From positions 157,636-221,635 of the forward strand of contig CAZQQT010000003.1 in assembly GCA_964595645.1 (NCBI GenBank): 64,000 nt of DNA, in the 5' to 3' direction. This DNA is from an uncultured Thermococci archaeon (GTDB lineage: Archaea; Methanobacteriota_B; Thermococci; Methanofastidiosales; B48-G16). Under the pieces are notes generated by a model. That model did no database searches. It was not told where the DNA came from and worked only from the letters and a program-made list of their open reading frames with translations. The first letter of the stretch is position 1. Each line of letters opens with the position of its first letter. This document shows, one piece after another, positions 1-10,319 of the stretch. The position numbers and the translations under genes are program-made.

Positions 1-46
1 TGTTATATCTCGAAAGCTTAATAAAGGTTTCTTTTGAAATGTGATT

Positions 47-943
47 ATGATCCGGGATAATATTCTGGAGCTGAAGGAAACAGAAGACCTTGTAATTCTC
101 GCTCACAACTACCAAATACCAGAAATTCAGGAAGTAGCTGATTTTATCGGTGATTCATTGGAGCTATGCCGAACTTCTCAGAATACAGACGCTAAACATA
201 TCGTATTTTGCGGTGTTGATTTCATGGCGGAGACGGCTGCAATCCTGAATCCGGACAAAACTGTGCTTATGCCGGACATTACATCGAAATGCCCCATGGC
301 TCAAATGCTTCCGGGCAAAAGAATAGAGGAGGCACGGGAAAAATATCCTGACGCAGCGGTAGCCGTTTACGTCAACACGCTGGCAGAAGCTAAGGCGGAA
401 GCTGATATCACATTCACCTCTGCAAACTCCGTGAAAGTTGTCAATTCGCTAGAAGAAGACGAGGTACTTTTTGGACCGGATAAGAACATTGCGTGGTACG
501 TTCAGCATCATACAGAAAAGAAAATAATCCCACTTCCCAAGTTCGGACACTGTAGAGTTCACGAACATAAAATCTCCAAAAAAAATATACTAGATCTAAA
601 GGAACAACATCCTGACGCGCTTATTCTGGCACATCCAGAGTGCAATCCCGAAGTACAGAAGATAGCCGACCATCTCTGCTCAACATCACAGATGCTTGAA
701 AAGGCAGGTCTCGATAATAACGAGTTTATTATAGGAACAGAGAAAGAAATGTGCTACCGGTTAAGAAAGGAACACCCTGATAAGGAGTTCTACTGTATTG
801 AAAATGCTGTGTGTACCAATATGAAAAAACATACGCTTCCAAAGTTGTACAAGGTAATGAAAAACAAGAACAACATTGTAACAGTAGATCCGAAGATAGC
901 TAGAAGGGCGAAGAAGGCGATAGAACGAATGCTGGCGTTATGA
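47..943 (+). CDS. nadA: Quinolinate synthase A
   Basis: Motifs LAHNYQ, FCGVDFMAE, CPMA, YVNT, HCRVH, AHPEC and CTNMK give three Fe-S Cys. ATG at 47 preferred over GTG at 41. Confidence 0.96.
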   Translation: MIRDNILELKETEDLVILAHNYQIPEIQEVADFIGDSLELCRTSQNTDAKHIVFCGVDFMAETAAILNPDKTVLMPDITSKCPMAQMLPGKRIEEAREKYPDAAVAVYVNTLAEAKAEADITFTSANSVKVVNSLEEDEVLFGPDKNIAWYVQHHTEKKIIPLPKFGHCRVHEHKISKKNILDLKEQHPDALILAHPECNPEVQKIADHLCSTSQMLEKAGLDNNEFIIGTEKEMCYRLRKEHPDKEFYCIENAVCTNMKKHTLPKLYKVMKNKNNIVTVDPKIARRAKKAIERMLAL

Positions 944-2227
944 GCTCTTTTTTCTGCGCATGTAGTACACAAGTGGATTTGCTATTCCTCTGTAACGCAC
1001 TATCTTATTGTTGGTGAGGATACGCAGCTGTTTTTTAATCTCATTTTTCGAATGATCCAGCTGAGAATCCAGCTCCTCGAGGGTATCACACTCCTGCAGA
1101 GCCTTGAGAATTTCCTCGCCCAGACTTGTTCCCTCTCTTTTTTTTGCTGCTTCAATAAGATTAGAAGCCTTTTCTCTATCTGCAATTTGATAGAATTTTG
1201 TTCTGCAGAAGCTATCCGGCTTACATAGTGAAGGTGCGTTCTCCTGTATTTTTGCACAGTTTGGAGGAAGGTACCACTTAGATTTTCCAAAGTCGTTCAT
1301 GGTGGGAGACGACGTGAGTCCAAATCCCAGATGATAAAACACGTTCTGTTTCTCTATCGGTTGATCCTTAAAAAGAGGAGGATCGCATCTCCCCCCGGCC
1401 TCGAGTATCATAGGAATTACCTCATTAAGGAGAATCTCTATCTCCTTTTCTCGAAGTTCTACATTGAAATTCCTATCAAAGATCTTTGTTGAAGGGAAAA
1501 TACGTGCATAAGAGAGGAAAGACGTCAGGAGGACTGTGATTGCGTAGTTTCGTGTCCCTGACGATACACCGTTGAGTGCTCTATTGACGCATGGGGGGAA
1601 CTTATTCGATGAAAGCTCTTCCGTAATTTTCACAGGCGCAGAGTAAAACTGAATGGCATTGAATATTTTTTTATGAAGGGGGTGATCCGCCTTTTTTATT
1701 GCTTCTGAAATATCGACCATATACCTCTTTATCTTCTTGCCCAGTACATCGACGTAGACTCTCGCAAGATCGTACTTTGAAAGATGAATCTTCCCATTGT
1801 AGATATATTCCTCCACTGGATCGATTACATCATATACTTCATGCCAATCCAGCATGTACTCCGGTTCTGCATTTTTTAGTGATCGCAATCGATATCTGTC
1901 CTCACCGCTGAGGTTAGAGGGCTCTATGTCGATAAGTTCTCTCATGGCGGCTATATCAGGAGTTATCTCAAGGCGCTTTTTGATGGTCTGCTTGAGGATA
2001 TTTATTGATTGAAATGCTTTTTGTGAGTGGGGGGAGAGTGCGAGACTCTGGCATACTAAAAAGAATGAGACAATATCTTCCTCGTCATCGAGGGTAATAT
2101 AAGGATCTGGATTTTTCTTGAATTTCATGATTCTATCAATGGACAGCCTCACGGTTTTTTGGGGGATGGTACCAAGATCGACATCCAAATACTGCTGATA
2201 CTCTTCTCTAAAGGGATTGATGATCAT
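938..2227 (-). CDS. priL: DNA primase large subunit, Thermococcales-type, with ~70-aa C-terminal insertion
   Basis: FPPCV..GVSSGTRNYAITVLLTSFLSYAR, WYLPPNC, LCKPDSFC, NPLVYY. Confidence 0.92.
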   Translation of the reverse strand: MIINPFREEYQQYLDVDLGTIPQKTVRLSIDRIMKFKKNPDPYITLDDEEDIVSFFLVCQSLALSPHSQKAFQSINILKQTIKKRLEITPDIAAMRELIDIEPSNLSGEDRYRLRSLKNAEPEYMLDWHEVYDVIDPVEEYIYNGKIHLSKYDLARVYVDVLGKKIKRYMVDISEAIKKADHPLHKKIFNAIQFYSAPVKITEELSSNKFPPCVNRALNGVSSGTRNYAITVLLTSFLSYARIFPSTKIFDRNFNVELREKEIEILLNEVIPMILEAGGRCDPPLFKDQPIEKQNVFYHLGFGLTSSPTMNDFGKSKWYLPPNCAKIQENAPSLCKPDSFCRTKFYQIADREKASNLIEAAKKREGTSLGEEILKALQECDTLEELDSQLDHSKNEIKKQLRILTNNKIVRYRGIANPLVYYMRRKKSS

Positions 2228-3099
2228 CCGCTCATCTCCTCGATTATCGAGAGGTTCGCATAAGCGAGACTATCCAGATCGTAGCCTCCTTCCAGTACTG
2301 CACCAAGAGGATACTCATTGATCTTCTCAATGAATGTTCCATACACTTCTGTTGAGAGGTTCAGTCCTGATAAGGGATCCTTTCTATGAGCATCTTGGCC
2401 TGCGGAGATTAATATGCAGTCAGGATCGTATTCCTCTATCTCCCGCACCACAATGTTATCAAAGATCCGAAGATACTCGCTGTCTCCTGTTCCGTCGGGT
2501 ACGGGGATGTTCAGTGTAAATCCCTCTCCTTTTCCTTTTCCTCTCTCAACTTCATAGCCTGTCAGAGGGTAAATACTTTTTTGATGAATTGAAAGGTAAT
2601 AGACCCAATCAATGTCGTAAAAGGCTTCCTGCGTTCCGTCCCCATGATGACAATCCCAGTCCAGAATGAATACTCTCTCCATTCCATGTTTCTTGAGGTG
2701 CCAGGCTGTAATCGCAACATTGTTGAGATAACAGAACCCCCCTCCATGTGTTCTACACGTGTGATGCCCAGGAGGCCTGTTCAGTGCGAATGCGTTCTCC
2801 CCATGTAACAGTGCATCGCCTACACTCAACGCGCAGAAGGCGGATAGAACAGCGATCTCATAGGTGTTGTCCTGTACCACTGTATCAGCAGTCATGTAGC
2901 CTCTTGAGCATCTCAACCGATGTAGATACCCTTCATCGTGTACCTTCTGGAATATCTGCTCATCAAATCGTTTTGGTACTTCTGTAGGTACTCCATGCTC
3001 ATCCAGGACTTCTTTCGATCGTTCGACCCTCTCCTTCCGTTCTGCATGGGAGCCCTCAGGTATGTGATTGCGCATCCCCTCATCGTAAAAAACCCTCAT
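2224..3099 (-). CDS. Histone deacetylase / AcuC-family deacetylase
   Basis: RPPGHH, GFCYLNN, DWDCHHGDGTQ, SAGQDAH..DPL, LEGGY. ATG at 3099; stop overlaps the priL start (ATGA). Confidence 0.93.
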   Translation of the reverse strand: MRVFYDEGMRNHIPEGSHAERKERVERSKEVLDEHGVPTEVPKRFDEQIFQKVHDEGYLHRLRCSRGYMTADTVVQDNTYEIAVLSAFCALSVGDALLHGENAFALNRPPGHHTCRTHGGGFCYLNNVAITAWHLKKHGMERVFILDWDCHHGDGTQEAFYDIDWVYYLSIHQKSIYPLTGYEVERGKGKGEGFTLNIPVPDGTGDSEYLRIFDNIVVREIEEYDPDCILISAGQDAHRKDPLSGLNLSTEVYGTFIEKINEYPLGAVLEGGYDLDSLAYANLSIIEEMSG

Positions 3100-3171
3100 A
3101 CTATCAATATTCCTTTTTCTGTTAAAATAAGTGTTGGAAACTATTTCTAGCAATCTTCTCTAATAAAATTG

Positions 3172-3693
3172 CTATACATACCCCCCAAACTCTTGATGCA
3201 TTTTCAAAAAGCGTTTTATAGACTTTTCATTATCTATCCTGTCTTTAAAATGCTCCAAAGCTTGTTCAAAGGAGACAATTTTGCTGTCCATTACTAAATT
3301 ATCTACATAAGCAATAAGTTTTTCTTCTTTAGTTTGGGGAAGATAGTTCCCCCTTGGGAGTCCAAGTTTTTCAGCCTCTTTTTTGTCGATTCCAGCGCCT
3401 AAATGATTTTTGCATACACGAATGTATATTGGATCTACATTGTACCTTTCCAAAATTTTCGCCCCTTCAATACCGTGGAATACAGAGTTTGTTTCACATC
3501 GGCCGATATCATGGAGTAATGCCCCAATTTTGACGGCATGTTCATCTATATTGCCAGCATTTTCATTCATACGTCGGGCTATTCGTACCGCGTGAACACT
3601 GACGGTCTGTACATGCCTAATCACATCCTCAGAACAGCCTTCTCTCTCCAGTAGTTCCAGTGCGTCCTTCTTTCGCATCTTATTTTTCCCCAT
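3172..3693 (-). CDS. HD-domain protein (TIGR00295-like)
   Basis: H..V, LLHDIGR, HG..GA, HLGAG, P.T.EEK..AYVD. Usual archaeal position after tfe. Confidence 0.88.
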   Translation of the reverse strand: MGKNKMRKKDALELLEREGCSEDVIRHVQTVSVHAVRIARRMNENAGNIDEHAVKIGALLHDIGRCETNSVFHGIEGAKILERYNVDPIYIRVCKNHLGAGIDKKEAEKLGLPRGNYLPQTKEEKLIAYVDNLVMDSKIVSFEQALEHFKDRIDNEKSIKRFLKMHQEFGGYV

Positions 3694-4216
3694 TGTTTTC
3701 TTTTTTTCTTTCTTCGAGTTCCTCTATCTGCAATTTCAATGTTTTTATTAATTCGGAGTTGTCATAATACTCAAGATCTTCGTCACAGTCGGGACATGTA
3801 AATTCAAGCTCTTCTGCCTCTGAAAACGTGTATCTGTTACAGGAGTTCTTACAGGAAAAGAACATATTTTCTTCTTCGTACTCAAGTGTCTCCTTCAGAT
3901 GTTGAATATAATCGCTCTCAATGGAGTTCAGGATCTTTGGTGCGTTTTCCAGATTGAGTTTCCAATGGTACACGTACCACCCGGTATTTTCATCCCGGGT
4001 CCGTTTGTATGTGGCCAGTCTGTTATCATAAAGTCTATACAGAACTCTTCTCACAACATTCACTCGTAAATCTAACTCTTCCGCGATCTCCTCATCTGTC
4101 GCTTCTTTATTTGCAATGTAGGACGCAATTTCTACACCGCCTTTTCCTAAAAGATCCTCTAAGAACTCCCGTATCGCTGGATCTTGATCTTTCATTGTGG
4201 TCACCTTGGATTGCAT
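3680..4216 (-). CDS. tfe: Transcription factor E alpha
   Basis: TDEEIA..L...VRRVLY.LY wHTH, RD.NTGWY.Y.W, Zn ribbon CKNSC/CPDC. The start may be the ATG at 4195. Confidence 0.95.
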   Translation of the reverse strand: MQSKVTTMKDQDPAIREFLEDLLGKGGVEIASYIANKEATDEEIAEELDLRVNVVRRVLYRLYDNRLATYKRTRDENTGWYVYHWKLNLENAPKILNSIESDYIQHLKETLEYEEENMFFSCKNSCNRYTFSEAEELEFTCPDCDEDLEYYDNSELIKTLKLQIEELEERKKENNGEK

Positions 4217-4245
4217 CTTATTTACTATATTTCTTTTTATTAGTT

Positions 4246-5355
4246 TTAAACTTTTCGAAGGATACGTATCGGATCGTCAATAGATCCACCGTGACACTTC
4301 AGCAGTCTGTGTCTCATGGCAATAATCCGTTCAGTTGTACTTCCATACCGTCTAGAACATTCTCCACAGATGCATATATCATACTGGGGGCAAATGATAT
4401 ACATTGCTTCATCTCGTGCAATTCCCATCTTCCTTATACTTTTCTCAGCTCTTTCTTGTTCTTTAGCGTCAACATGGAATCGTTCTCCAAAATGATAGAT
4501 ATTCTCAAAGCATAATGTAATATAAGGAGAGAAGAGTACGTGGTTTCTAAGAGATTTCCTCTGTACGGCCTTCTGTTCACTGTAGGGTATACCGCGATCG
4601 GTGAGCGCGATTGTTCGTTCTTCTCGTCTCGAAAGATCCCGTAGTCCTTCATTCCTTTTGGAAGCTATTGTTCCCGCTCTTCTTCTCCTGTGGGGTGTCG
4701 TACCGCCGATGTAGAATCCGGCTTCTAAGAGGCCTGCCCTCATAGAGGAAGAGGAGGAGTACGTCAGTAGTACACCATGCTCGTCCATTACGTTGTATAG
4801 CTTCTCAAAAAATCCAACAGAGTACGGTCTCCAATCATGTTTTGGTGAGTACGCATCGTGAAACACAACATCGACTGTGCCTGAATATTCATGAGTCAGT
4901 GCATCTACCATTGAAAGATGTACATTCTCTGGCCGCTCATAAACTTTGTTCTGTACAATCCCATTTTTATACAGCGAATCCTCAATCGCACTCTTGATCG
5001 TTCTGTGAGCCCCACAGAGATCGGGTATCAACAGCGCCATGGCCAATATCTCCGAACCCTTCTCGATCATCTCTATATGCAAGTTTGGGTTACGTTCCAA
5101 GGCCGCAGTGGCGTTGTATCCGAATCCAGAAAAAAGATCCAACAGGGCTGTTCTTTTTTCAATGTTTGCAGGCTTACAGAACTTATGGACACTCTCATCG
5201 TAGGCACCGGTGATAGAGTGCATTGTCTCCCGAAGAACGGGATCTTCGTAGGTATACGTAGCGTCTCCTGTTTTTACAAAAAGATGGCTAATTTTTTTAA
5301 AAAACTGTTTCCTTTCTTTCTTAGTTCGCTTCTTTGAGAAAAACTCTTTGATCAT
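4246..5355 (-). CDS. MnmC/MnmD-like SAM-dependent methyltransferase with C-terminal Cys cluster
   Basis: ETMHS..GA..ES..KF, LDLFSGFGYN, FHDAYSP, TYSSS, CPQ..CIC..C. Confidence 0.82.
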   Translation of the reverse strand: MIKEFFSKKRTKKERKQFFKKISHLFVKTGDATYTYEDPVLRETMHSITGAYDESVHKFCKPANIEKRTALLDLFSGFGYNATAALERNPNLHIEMIEKGSEILAMALLIPDLCGAHRTIKSAIEDSLYKNGIVQNKVYERPENVHLSMVDALTHEYSGTVDVVFHDAYSPKHDWRPYSVGFFEKLYNVMDEHGVLLTYSSSSSMRAGLLEAGFYIGGTTPHRRRRAGTIASKRNEGLRDLSRREERTIALTDRGIPYSEQKAVQRKSLRNHVLFSPYITLCFENIYHFGERFHVDAKEQERAEKSIRKMGIARDEAMYIICPQYDICICGECSRRYGSTTERIIAMRHRLLKCHGGSIDDPIRILRKV

Positions 5356-6224
5356 AACTCAATCATCATCCTGTCCTCTGCAATTACCACGTTGTCCGTG
5401 TATTTTTTTACCTCGTTCTCAATTTCTTCGGTGTTATACCGCTGACTAATGTGTGTCAACGCAAGTTTTTTTGCACCTATTTTCTGCGCGGCTTCGCATG
5501 CTTCTTGTATCGTGGAGTGGTATGTATCACCTCTATCTTCTTCTTTGAGGAAGGTGCTCTCGTGGATGAGAAGATCGGCCTCCTCCCATGAGATAGGAGT
5601 AGGGAGTGTATCCCCAGTGTACACAACGGATCTCCCAATGTTTTTTGGGCCTGTTACTTCATCCAATGTTATTTTTCTACCATTCACAATAATTTCACCA
5701 TTTTTCTCTAGTTGAGAAAACATTCTTCCTTCTATCCCAAGTTTTTTTGCCTTTTCCTCGATGAAATTTCCTCGTTTGTCCTTTTCCTTGAAAATGTATC
5801 CTAAGGATGGAACACTATGATCTGTCTCAAATACCCGAATGTAAAAATCTTCAAAGTCTATGGTATCTCCATCTTCTAACTCGTGTACATCCACATTGAA
5901 GGTAATACCAAAATGGCCAGATTTGAACAGATTTTGGAGGAAATAAATAGTGTTTTTGGGCCCATAAATACTTAGTGGATCCGTTCTTTCCTCCAGTGAC
6001 ATTGTCATCAACAAACCTGGTATCCCCAACACGTGATCCCCATGGAAGTGCGTGAGGAAGATTGAAGATACCTTCGAGGGTTTCACCAGCGAGATCATCT
6101 GTCGCTGTGTGTTCTCTCCACAGTCAAACAGTACAACGTTGCCCTGGTACTGAATAGCGATGGAAGAGAGTCCCCGTTCCTTCGTCGGTTTCGATGCCGC
6201 TGTCCCTAAAAACACAACTTTCAT
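5352..6224 (-). CDS. rnz: Ribonuclease Z
   Basis: FLGT, FDCGE.TQ, THFHGDHVLG, YTGDT, HESTF, LTHISQRY. Confidence 0.96.
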   Translation of the reverse strand: MKVVFLGTAASKPTKERGLSSIAIQYQGNVVLFDCGENTQRQMISLVKPSKVSSIFLTHFHGDHVLGIPGLLMTMSLEERTDPLSIYGPKNTIYFLQNLFKSGHFGITFNVDVHELEDGDTIDFEDFYIRVFETDHSVPSLGYIFKEKDKRGNFIEEKAKKLGIEGRMFSQLEKNGEIIVNGRKITLDEVTGPKNIGRSVVYTGDTLPTPISWEEADLLIHESTFLKEEDRGDTYHSTIQEACEAAQKIGAKKLALTHISQRYNTEEIENEVKKYTDNVVIAEDRMMIEL

Positions 6225-6310
6225 GATGCACCTCTCTCGTGACTGCTAAAAAATGTTGTGATCATACCCACATTCTGACTCCGTAAACACTCTTCTTTAT
6301 ATTCCTTCGC

Positions 6311-7180
6311 TCATTCAGCCTTTGGAACACTGGAAAATCTACTTATGAGCAGAAGCACACCTGCACCTATAGCCCCAAAAAAGAGCAATGAGAAAATATC
6401 TCCATTAATTTTCTTTATCGGTGTTCCCAGTCCACCGATCATCAACCCGATTAAAAATGTTATTGTTTGATCGTGGTATTTTTTCAGCAGCCAGTTCAAA
6501 AATTTAGACATTGCACACAACCCCATCAGTACTCCTGTGGTAAACACAGTGATTACAGAAATGTTCACCTCACTCACTTCTCCTACAAGGTACTGGTACT
6601 GGTTTAACATTAAAAGGACATATGAACCAGAAATTCCGGGTAGTATCATGGCAGAAAACGCGAAAAATCCAGAAATAAAAATTATAGGAGCTGAATGATC
6701 TATTGCAACTGTATTCACTGACGAGATTATACCACCGGTCAGGATCCCCATACCGATGAAGAGCAGACATCCTGAGAGAATCGATCTGTTCTGTGTGGAG
6801 AGCATGTAGATGCTCATTGCAATTAACCCCACGAAAAACGAAAAGACCTGTGCTTGATAGTTATTAATCAGGTTGTTCATAAGCTCTATCACTAAGAAAA
6901 GGGCAAAAAAAACGCCAAGATATAGGTTTACTAAAAATTTTAATTCTTGGCTTTTTAATAGATCCAAAGGACTTTGCATTGTTGAAAGTACATAGGAAAT
7001 ACTCTTTATGAGTTTTTCGTATATTCCAAGGATCAGCGCTATCGTGGCACCAGAGACTCCGGGAATCGCATCGGAAATCCCCATTAGGCATCCATAAAAA
7101 AAAATTCTTATTTTATCAGCAAATGGGGTGTTTTCTTTCAGCCGTACGAAAAAAGTGAGCAACAAGCTCCATTCTACCAT
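6311..7180 (-). CDS. DUF368-family membrane protein (polyprenyl-phosphate translocase family)
   Basis: MG.SDAIPGVSGATIAL.LGIY and AMILPGISGS re-entrant motifs; multiple TM helices. Confidence 0.9.
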   Translation of the reverse strand: MVEWSLLLTFFVRLKENTPFADKIRIFFYGCLMGISDAIPGVSGATIALILGIYEKLIKSISYVLSTMQSPLDLLKSQELKFLVNLYLGVFFALFLVIELMNNLINNYQAQVFSFFVGLIAMSIYMLSTQNRSILSGCLLFIGMGILTGGIISSVNTVAIDHSAPIIFISGFFAFSAMILPGISGSYVLLMLNQYQYLVGEVSEVNISVITVFTTGVLMGLCAMSKFLNWLLKKYHDQTITFLIGLMIGGLGTPIKKINGDIFSLLFFGAIGAGVLLLISRFSSVPKAE

Positions 7181-7905
7181 AGCACCACCAGTGTGAGTAC
7201 CCCAAAAGCAATACAGAATATATCAAATGACACTTTTTTTGCCACCTTTAATAACAAATCCACGGTTAGATACCCTGTAATAAATGCAAATATTATCCCA
7301 ATAACAATATTTTTAGAGTGGAGTACAAGCAGTTCTGGATTTCTTACTGCATCCAAGACTATACCGCCGATGACAGCAGGAACGCTCATCAGAAAAGAGA
7401 TTTTCAGAGCTTCTTCCTGGGTAAATCCTCGAAAAAGGAGAGATGACACAGTGACTCCCGATCGTGAGATCCCTGGAAGAATAGAAAACCCCTGAAAAAG
7501 TCCTGCAATGGTGCTGTCTTTCGGCGTACTTTTTTCATAACGTTTGGTACCAAACTCCCGCTGTGAGAATCGAAGAATCAGGCCGGTGAGTATCAATGAC
7601 ACGCCAATTACCACACTGAGAATCTCCCCGGAGTACTGTACGAAGAAATAGAGAGGTGCTCCAACAACTCCTGTAACAACAGTAGCAATTATAATAAATC
7701 TTGTGAGATAGAGTTTAATATCTCTAAACTTTGCTAACACTGCCATTACTGTTCCAAAATGAAGAAAGAGCGCAAAAGAAAATGCCTCCTGTGTTGTCAT
7801 CTCTGTGAGTGATCCTGCAATTGTGACTTGGGCAGAACTACTCACCGGTAACCACTCCGTGATCCCTTGGATTACACCGAGAATCACAGCCTGTAAAAAA
7901 TTCAT
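7174..7905 (-). CDS. uppP: Undecaprenyl/polyprenyl-diphosphate phosphatase (BacA/UppP family)
   Basis: QGITEWLPVSSS, LHFGT, PGISRSG.T, SFLMSVPA. Confidence 0.92.
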   Translation of the reverse strand: MNFLQAVILGVIQGITEWLPVSSSAQVTIAGSLTEMTTQEAFSFALFLHFGTVMAVLAKFRDIKLYLTRFIIIATVVTGVVGAPLYFFVQYSGEILSVVIGVSLILTGLILRFSQREFGTKRYEKSTPKDSTIAGLFQGFSILPGISRSGVTVSSLLFRGFTQEEALKISFLMSVPAVIGGIVLDAVRNPELLVLHSKNIVIGIIFAFITGYLTVDLLLKVAKKVSFDIFCIAFGVLTLVVLW

Positions 7906-7964
7906 AACGTTACACACATGAAAAACTTTATATTAGTTTTGGTATAGGAAGATTGGGTGATCCC

Positions 7965-9092
7965 ATGAGACTTAAACTTCATGAATGGCACAAAAAACAT
8001 GCGAAAAAAGTAGCTAACTTTGCAGGGTTTGAGATGCCGATTTGGTATTCAGGAATTAACGATGAACATGAAACTGTACGAAACAGTGTAGGAATATTCG
8101 ATCTCTCGCACATGGGCGAAATAATCGTAGAGGGGGAGGAGAGGCTGGATTTTCTCCAGTACCTCACCACAAACGATATCTCAAAACCTCCTCCTATCTC
8201 CGCGACCTATGCACTCATCCTCAATGAGCGAGGCGCAATCAAGGATGAGTGTCTCGTCTACAACAGGGGAGACTCGTACATGATCGTGTATGATGCGGTG
8301 GCTATAGATAAAATATATGCATGGCTTTCTGTTTTCGCCAAGTTCTACGACGTTGCTGTCACGAACAAAACTGCCGATATCCAACTCTACTCGGTACAGG
8401 GACCACAGGCAGCGAATCTGTGTCAAGAAATGTTTGAGATCGATATTGGTGAGATGTGGTGGTTCCAAGGAAAAGAAATAGAGTATAATGAAGAAACCCT
8501 ACTCCTCTCCAAGTCAGGTTACACCGGTGAGAATGGATTTGAGCTGTTTTTCGAAGCGGACAAAGAGTACTCCTACAATCTATGGGAAAAAATACTGGAT
8601 GAAGGGGAGAAATACGGCATAAAGCCGTGCGGTCTAGGAGCGAGAGACACATTAAGAGTGGAAGCAGGATACACACTTTATGGTAAAGATACAAAGGAAG
8701 AACAGCGATTAAGTACGGATATAGACAGTATAACCCCACTGGAAGGGGGATTTGACTTTGCAGTATCTTTTGAAAAAGATTTCATTGGAAAAGAGGCTCT
8801 TAAAAAACAAAAAAAACAAGGAATTAAAAAGAAATTGCATCATTTTAAACTCGTGGAGCGAGGAATACCACGAGAGGGACAAAAAGTGCGTGTCGACGGA
8901 AAAGATATTGGTGAGGTTACTAGTGGATCCCAATCCATGGATAAAGAAGGAATAGGATTGTGTTATGCAGACGCCGAATTAGGTCCAGGAGATAAGATTT
9001 ATATAGCAATACGAGGAAAAGAAAAGCGAGGAGAAATCGTGAAACCTCCCTTTTACGATGAGAGAAAGTATGGAGCATCACGAAAGAGGTGA
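7965..9092 (+). CDS. gcvT: Glycine cleavage system T protein
   Basis: FAGFEMP..Y, FDLSHMGE, GYTGENGFE, GLGARDTLRVEAG. Confidence 0.96.
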   Translation: MRLKLHEWHKKHAKKVANFAGFEMPIWYSGINDEHETVRNSVGIFDLSHMGEIIVEGEERLDFLQYLTTNDISKPPPISATYALILNERGAIKDECLVYNRGDSYMIVYDAVAIDKIYAWLSVFAKFYDVAVTNKTADIQLYSVQGPQAANLCQEMFEIDIGEMWWFQGKEIEYNEETLLLSKSGYTGENGFELFFEADKEYSYNLWEKILDEGEKYGIKPCGLGARDTLRVEAGYTLYGKDTKEEQRLSTDIDSITPLEGGFDFAVSFEKDFIGKEALKKQKKQGIKKKLHHFKLVERGIPREGQKVRVDGKDIGEVTSGSQSMDKEGIGLCYADAELGPGDKIYIAIRGKEKRGEIVKPPFYDERKYGASRKR

Positions 9093-9097
9093 TAGGA

Positions 9098-9478
9098 ATG
9101 GATGTGAAGGAAGGTCTTTACTACACAGAAAAGCATGAGTGGCTTGAAGTAAATGATGATATTGGTGCTGTCGGCATCAGCGATTACGCACAAGAAGAAC
9201 TGGGACCTGTGGCATATGTGGATCTACCTGAAAAGGGAAATTCTGTTAAAAAAGGAGAAGAGCTTTGTGAAATAGAGTCTGTAAAAGCCGTAAGTGAGAT
9301 ATACGCTCCTGTTAGCGGAGAAATCGCAGAAGTAAATTCAAATTTGGAAGATTATCCGGAAGATATAAATGAAGATCCCTATAGTACGTGGGTAGTAAAG
9401 ATCAGAATAGAAAACAAAGATGAAATAAAAGGGCTTATGAACGCTGAAGAGTATAAAGAATACTTGGATTCTCTCTAA
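9098..9478 (+). CDS. gcvH: Glycine cleavage system H protein
   Basis: YTEKHEW, GISDYAQEELG, lipoyl Lys in ESVKA, INEDPY. Confidence 0.96.
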   Translation: MDVKEGLYYTEKHEWLEVNDDIGAVGISDYAQEELGPVAYVDLPEKGNSVKKGEELCEIESVKAVSEIYAPVSGEIAEVNSNLEDYPEDINEDPYSTWVVKIRIENKDEIKGLMNAEEYKEYLDSL

Positions 9479-9498
9479 TTTATTTTATTTTTTTTATT
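9479..9498 (+). terminator. Oligo-T archaeal terminator after gcvH
   Basis: tttattttatttttttta directly after the stop codon. Confidence 0.55.
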
Positions 9499-9525
9499 AA
9501 CACCAGCAGAAAGAGGGGGGGGAGT

Positions 9526-10104
9526 ATGCAAGAATATATACGGAAAAAGTTCCTTGAAATGATTTCTGATAGGATAACAATGCTTCTATTATTAATTGGG
9601 GCGTTAGAGCTCATGCTCTACAGATCTGTAATGTATACAGGATTTGAGAGCAAACTAGAACCACACATACTTCCCGCAACATCCACGCTCCTCTTACAGG
9701 ATCTTATTGGAACTAGAGGACCTTTTGCCATATTTGCGTCGTATTATTATGTTTATGGACACATATTCTCACTCATACTTCTCGGAGCAGTAATATTTTT
9801 CTCAAAGAATCAAAAAACGAACTTATTCGCTCTTGTCTTATGTTTCGCTACAGAGTCTCTGATCTATTTTCTCTTTCCCCTCGCGCCACCCGTGCGAACC
9901 CGGGCCGCAGTACCTATCCGGGTACTTATATTTCCCACTTCAGAAACGCTGATCTCCATAAAGTACTCGGCATTTCCAAGTGGCCATATAATCAAGTCTG
10001 CTCTTGGATACCTTACAATTATCGTTGCCTTTGTCGGGTTTAAAATAGCATACTATATAGATAACAACTATTGGAACGAGGATAAAGAAAGTATATTTCA
10101 ATGA
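9526..10104 (+). CDS. PAP2/Aur1-like membrane phosphoesterase, apparently missing its third catalytic motif (possible pseudogene)
   Basis: FPLAPP and AFPSGH are present; no downstream H-[YW]-x-x-D motif. Confidence 0.6.
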   Translation: MQEYIRKKFLEMISDRITMLLLLIGALELMLYRSVMYTGFESKLEPHILPATSTLLLQDLIGTRGPFAIFASYYYVYGHIFSLILLGAVIFFSKNQKTNLFALVLCFATESLIYFLFPLAPPVRTRAAVPIRVLIFPTSETLISIKYSAFPSGHIIKSALGYLTIIVAFVGFKIAYYIDNNYWNEDKESIFQ

Positions 10105-10319
10105 CTACCCCGCTGCCATAAATGTCGCAATACTCAGCACTATCGCCGCTACCACCATTGCGATCAACAACGCATAGAACTTACTTTCTCCATTCATTTG
10201 AACCACTGCTATTTCTAGTAGTAGTTATATTTATAGTTTTTTTAACTCGAAAACTGAATAAATTAGTTATTCTAACTTTCCAGTTGGAAAGAAATTTTAT
10301 TTTTGTGGAAAATTAACAA

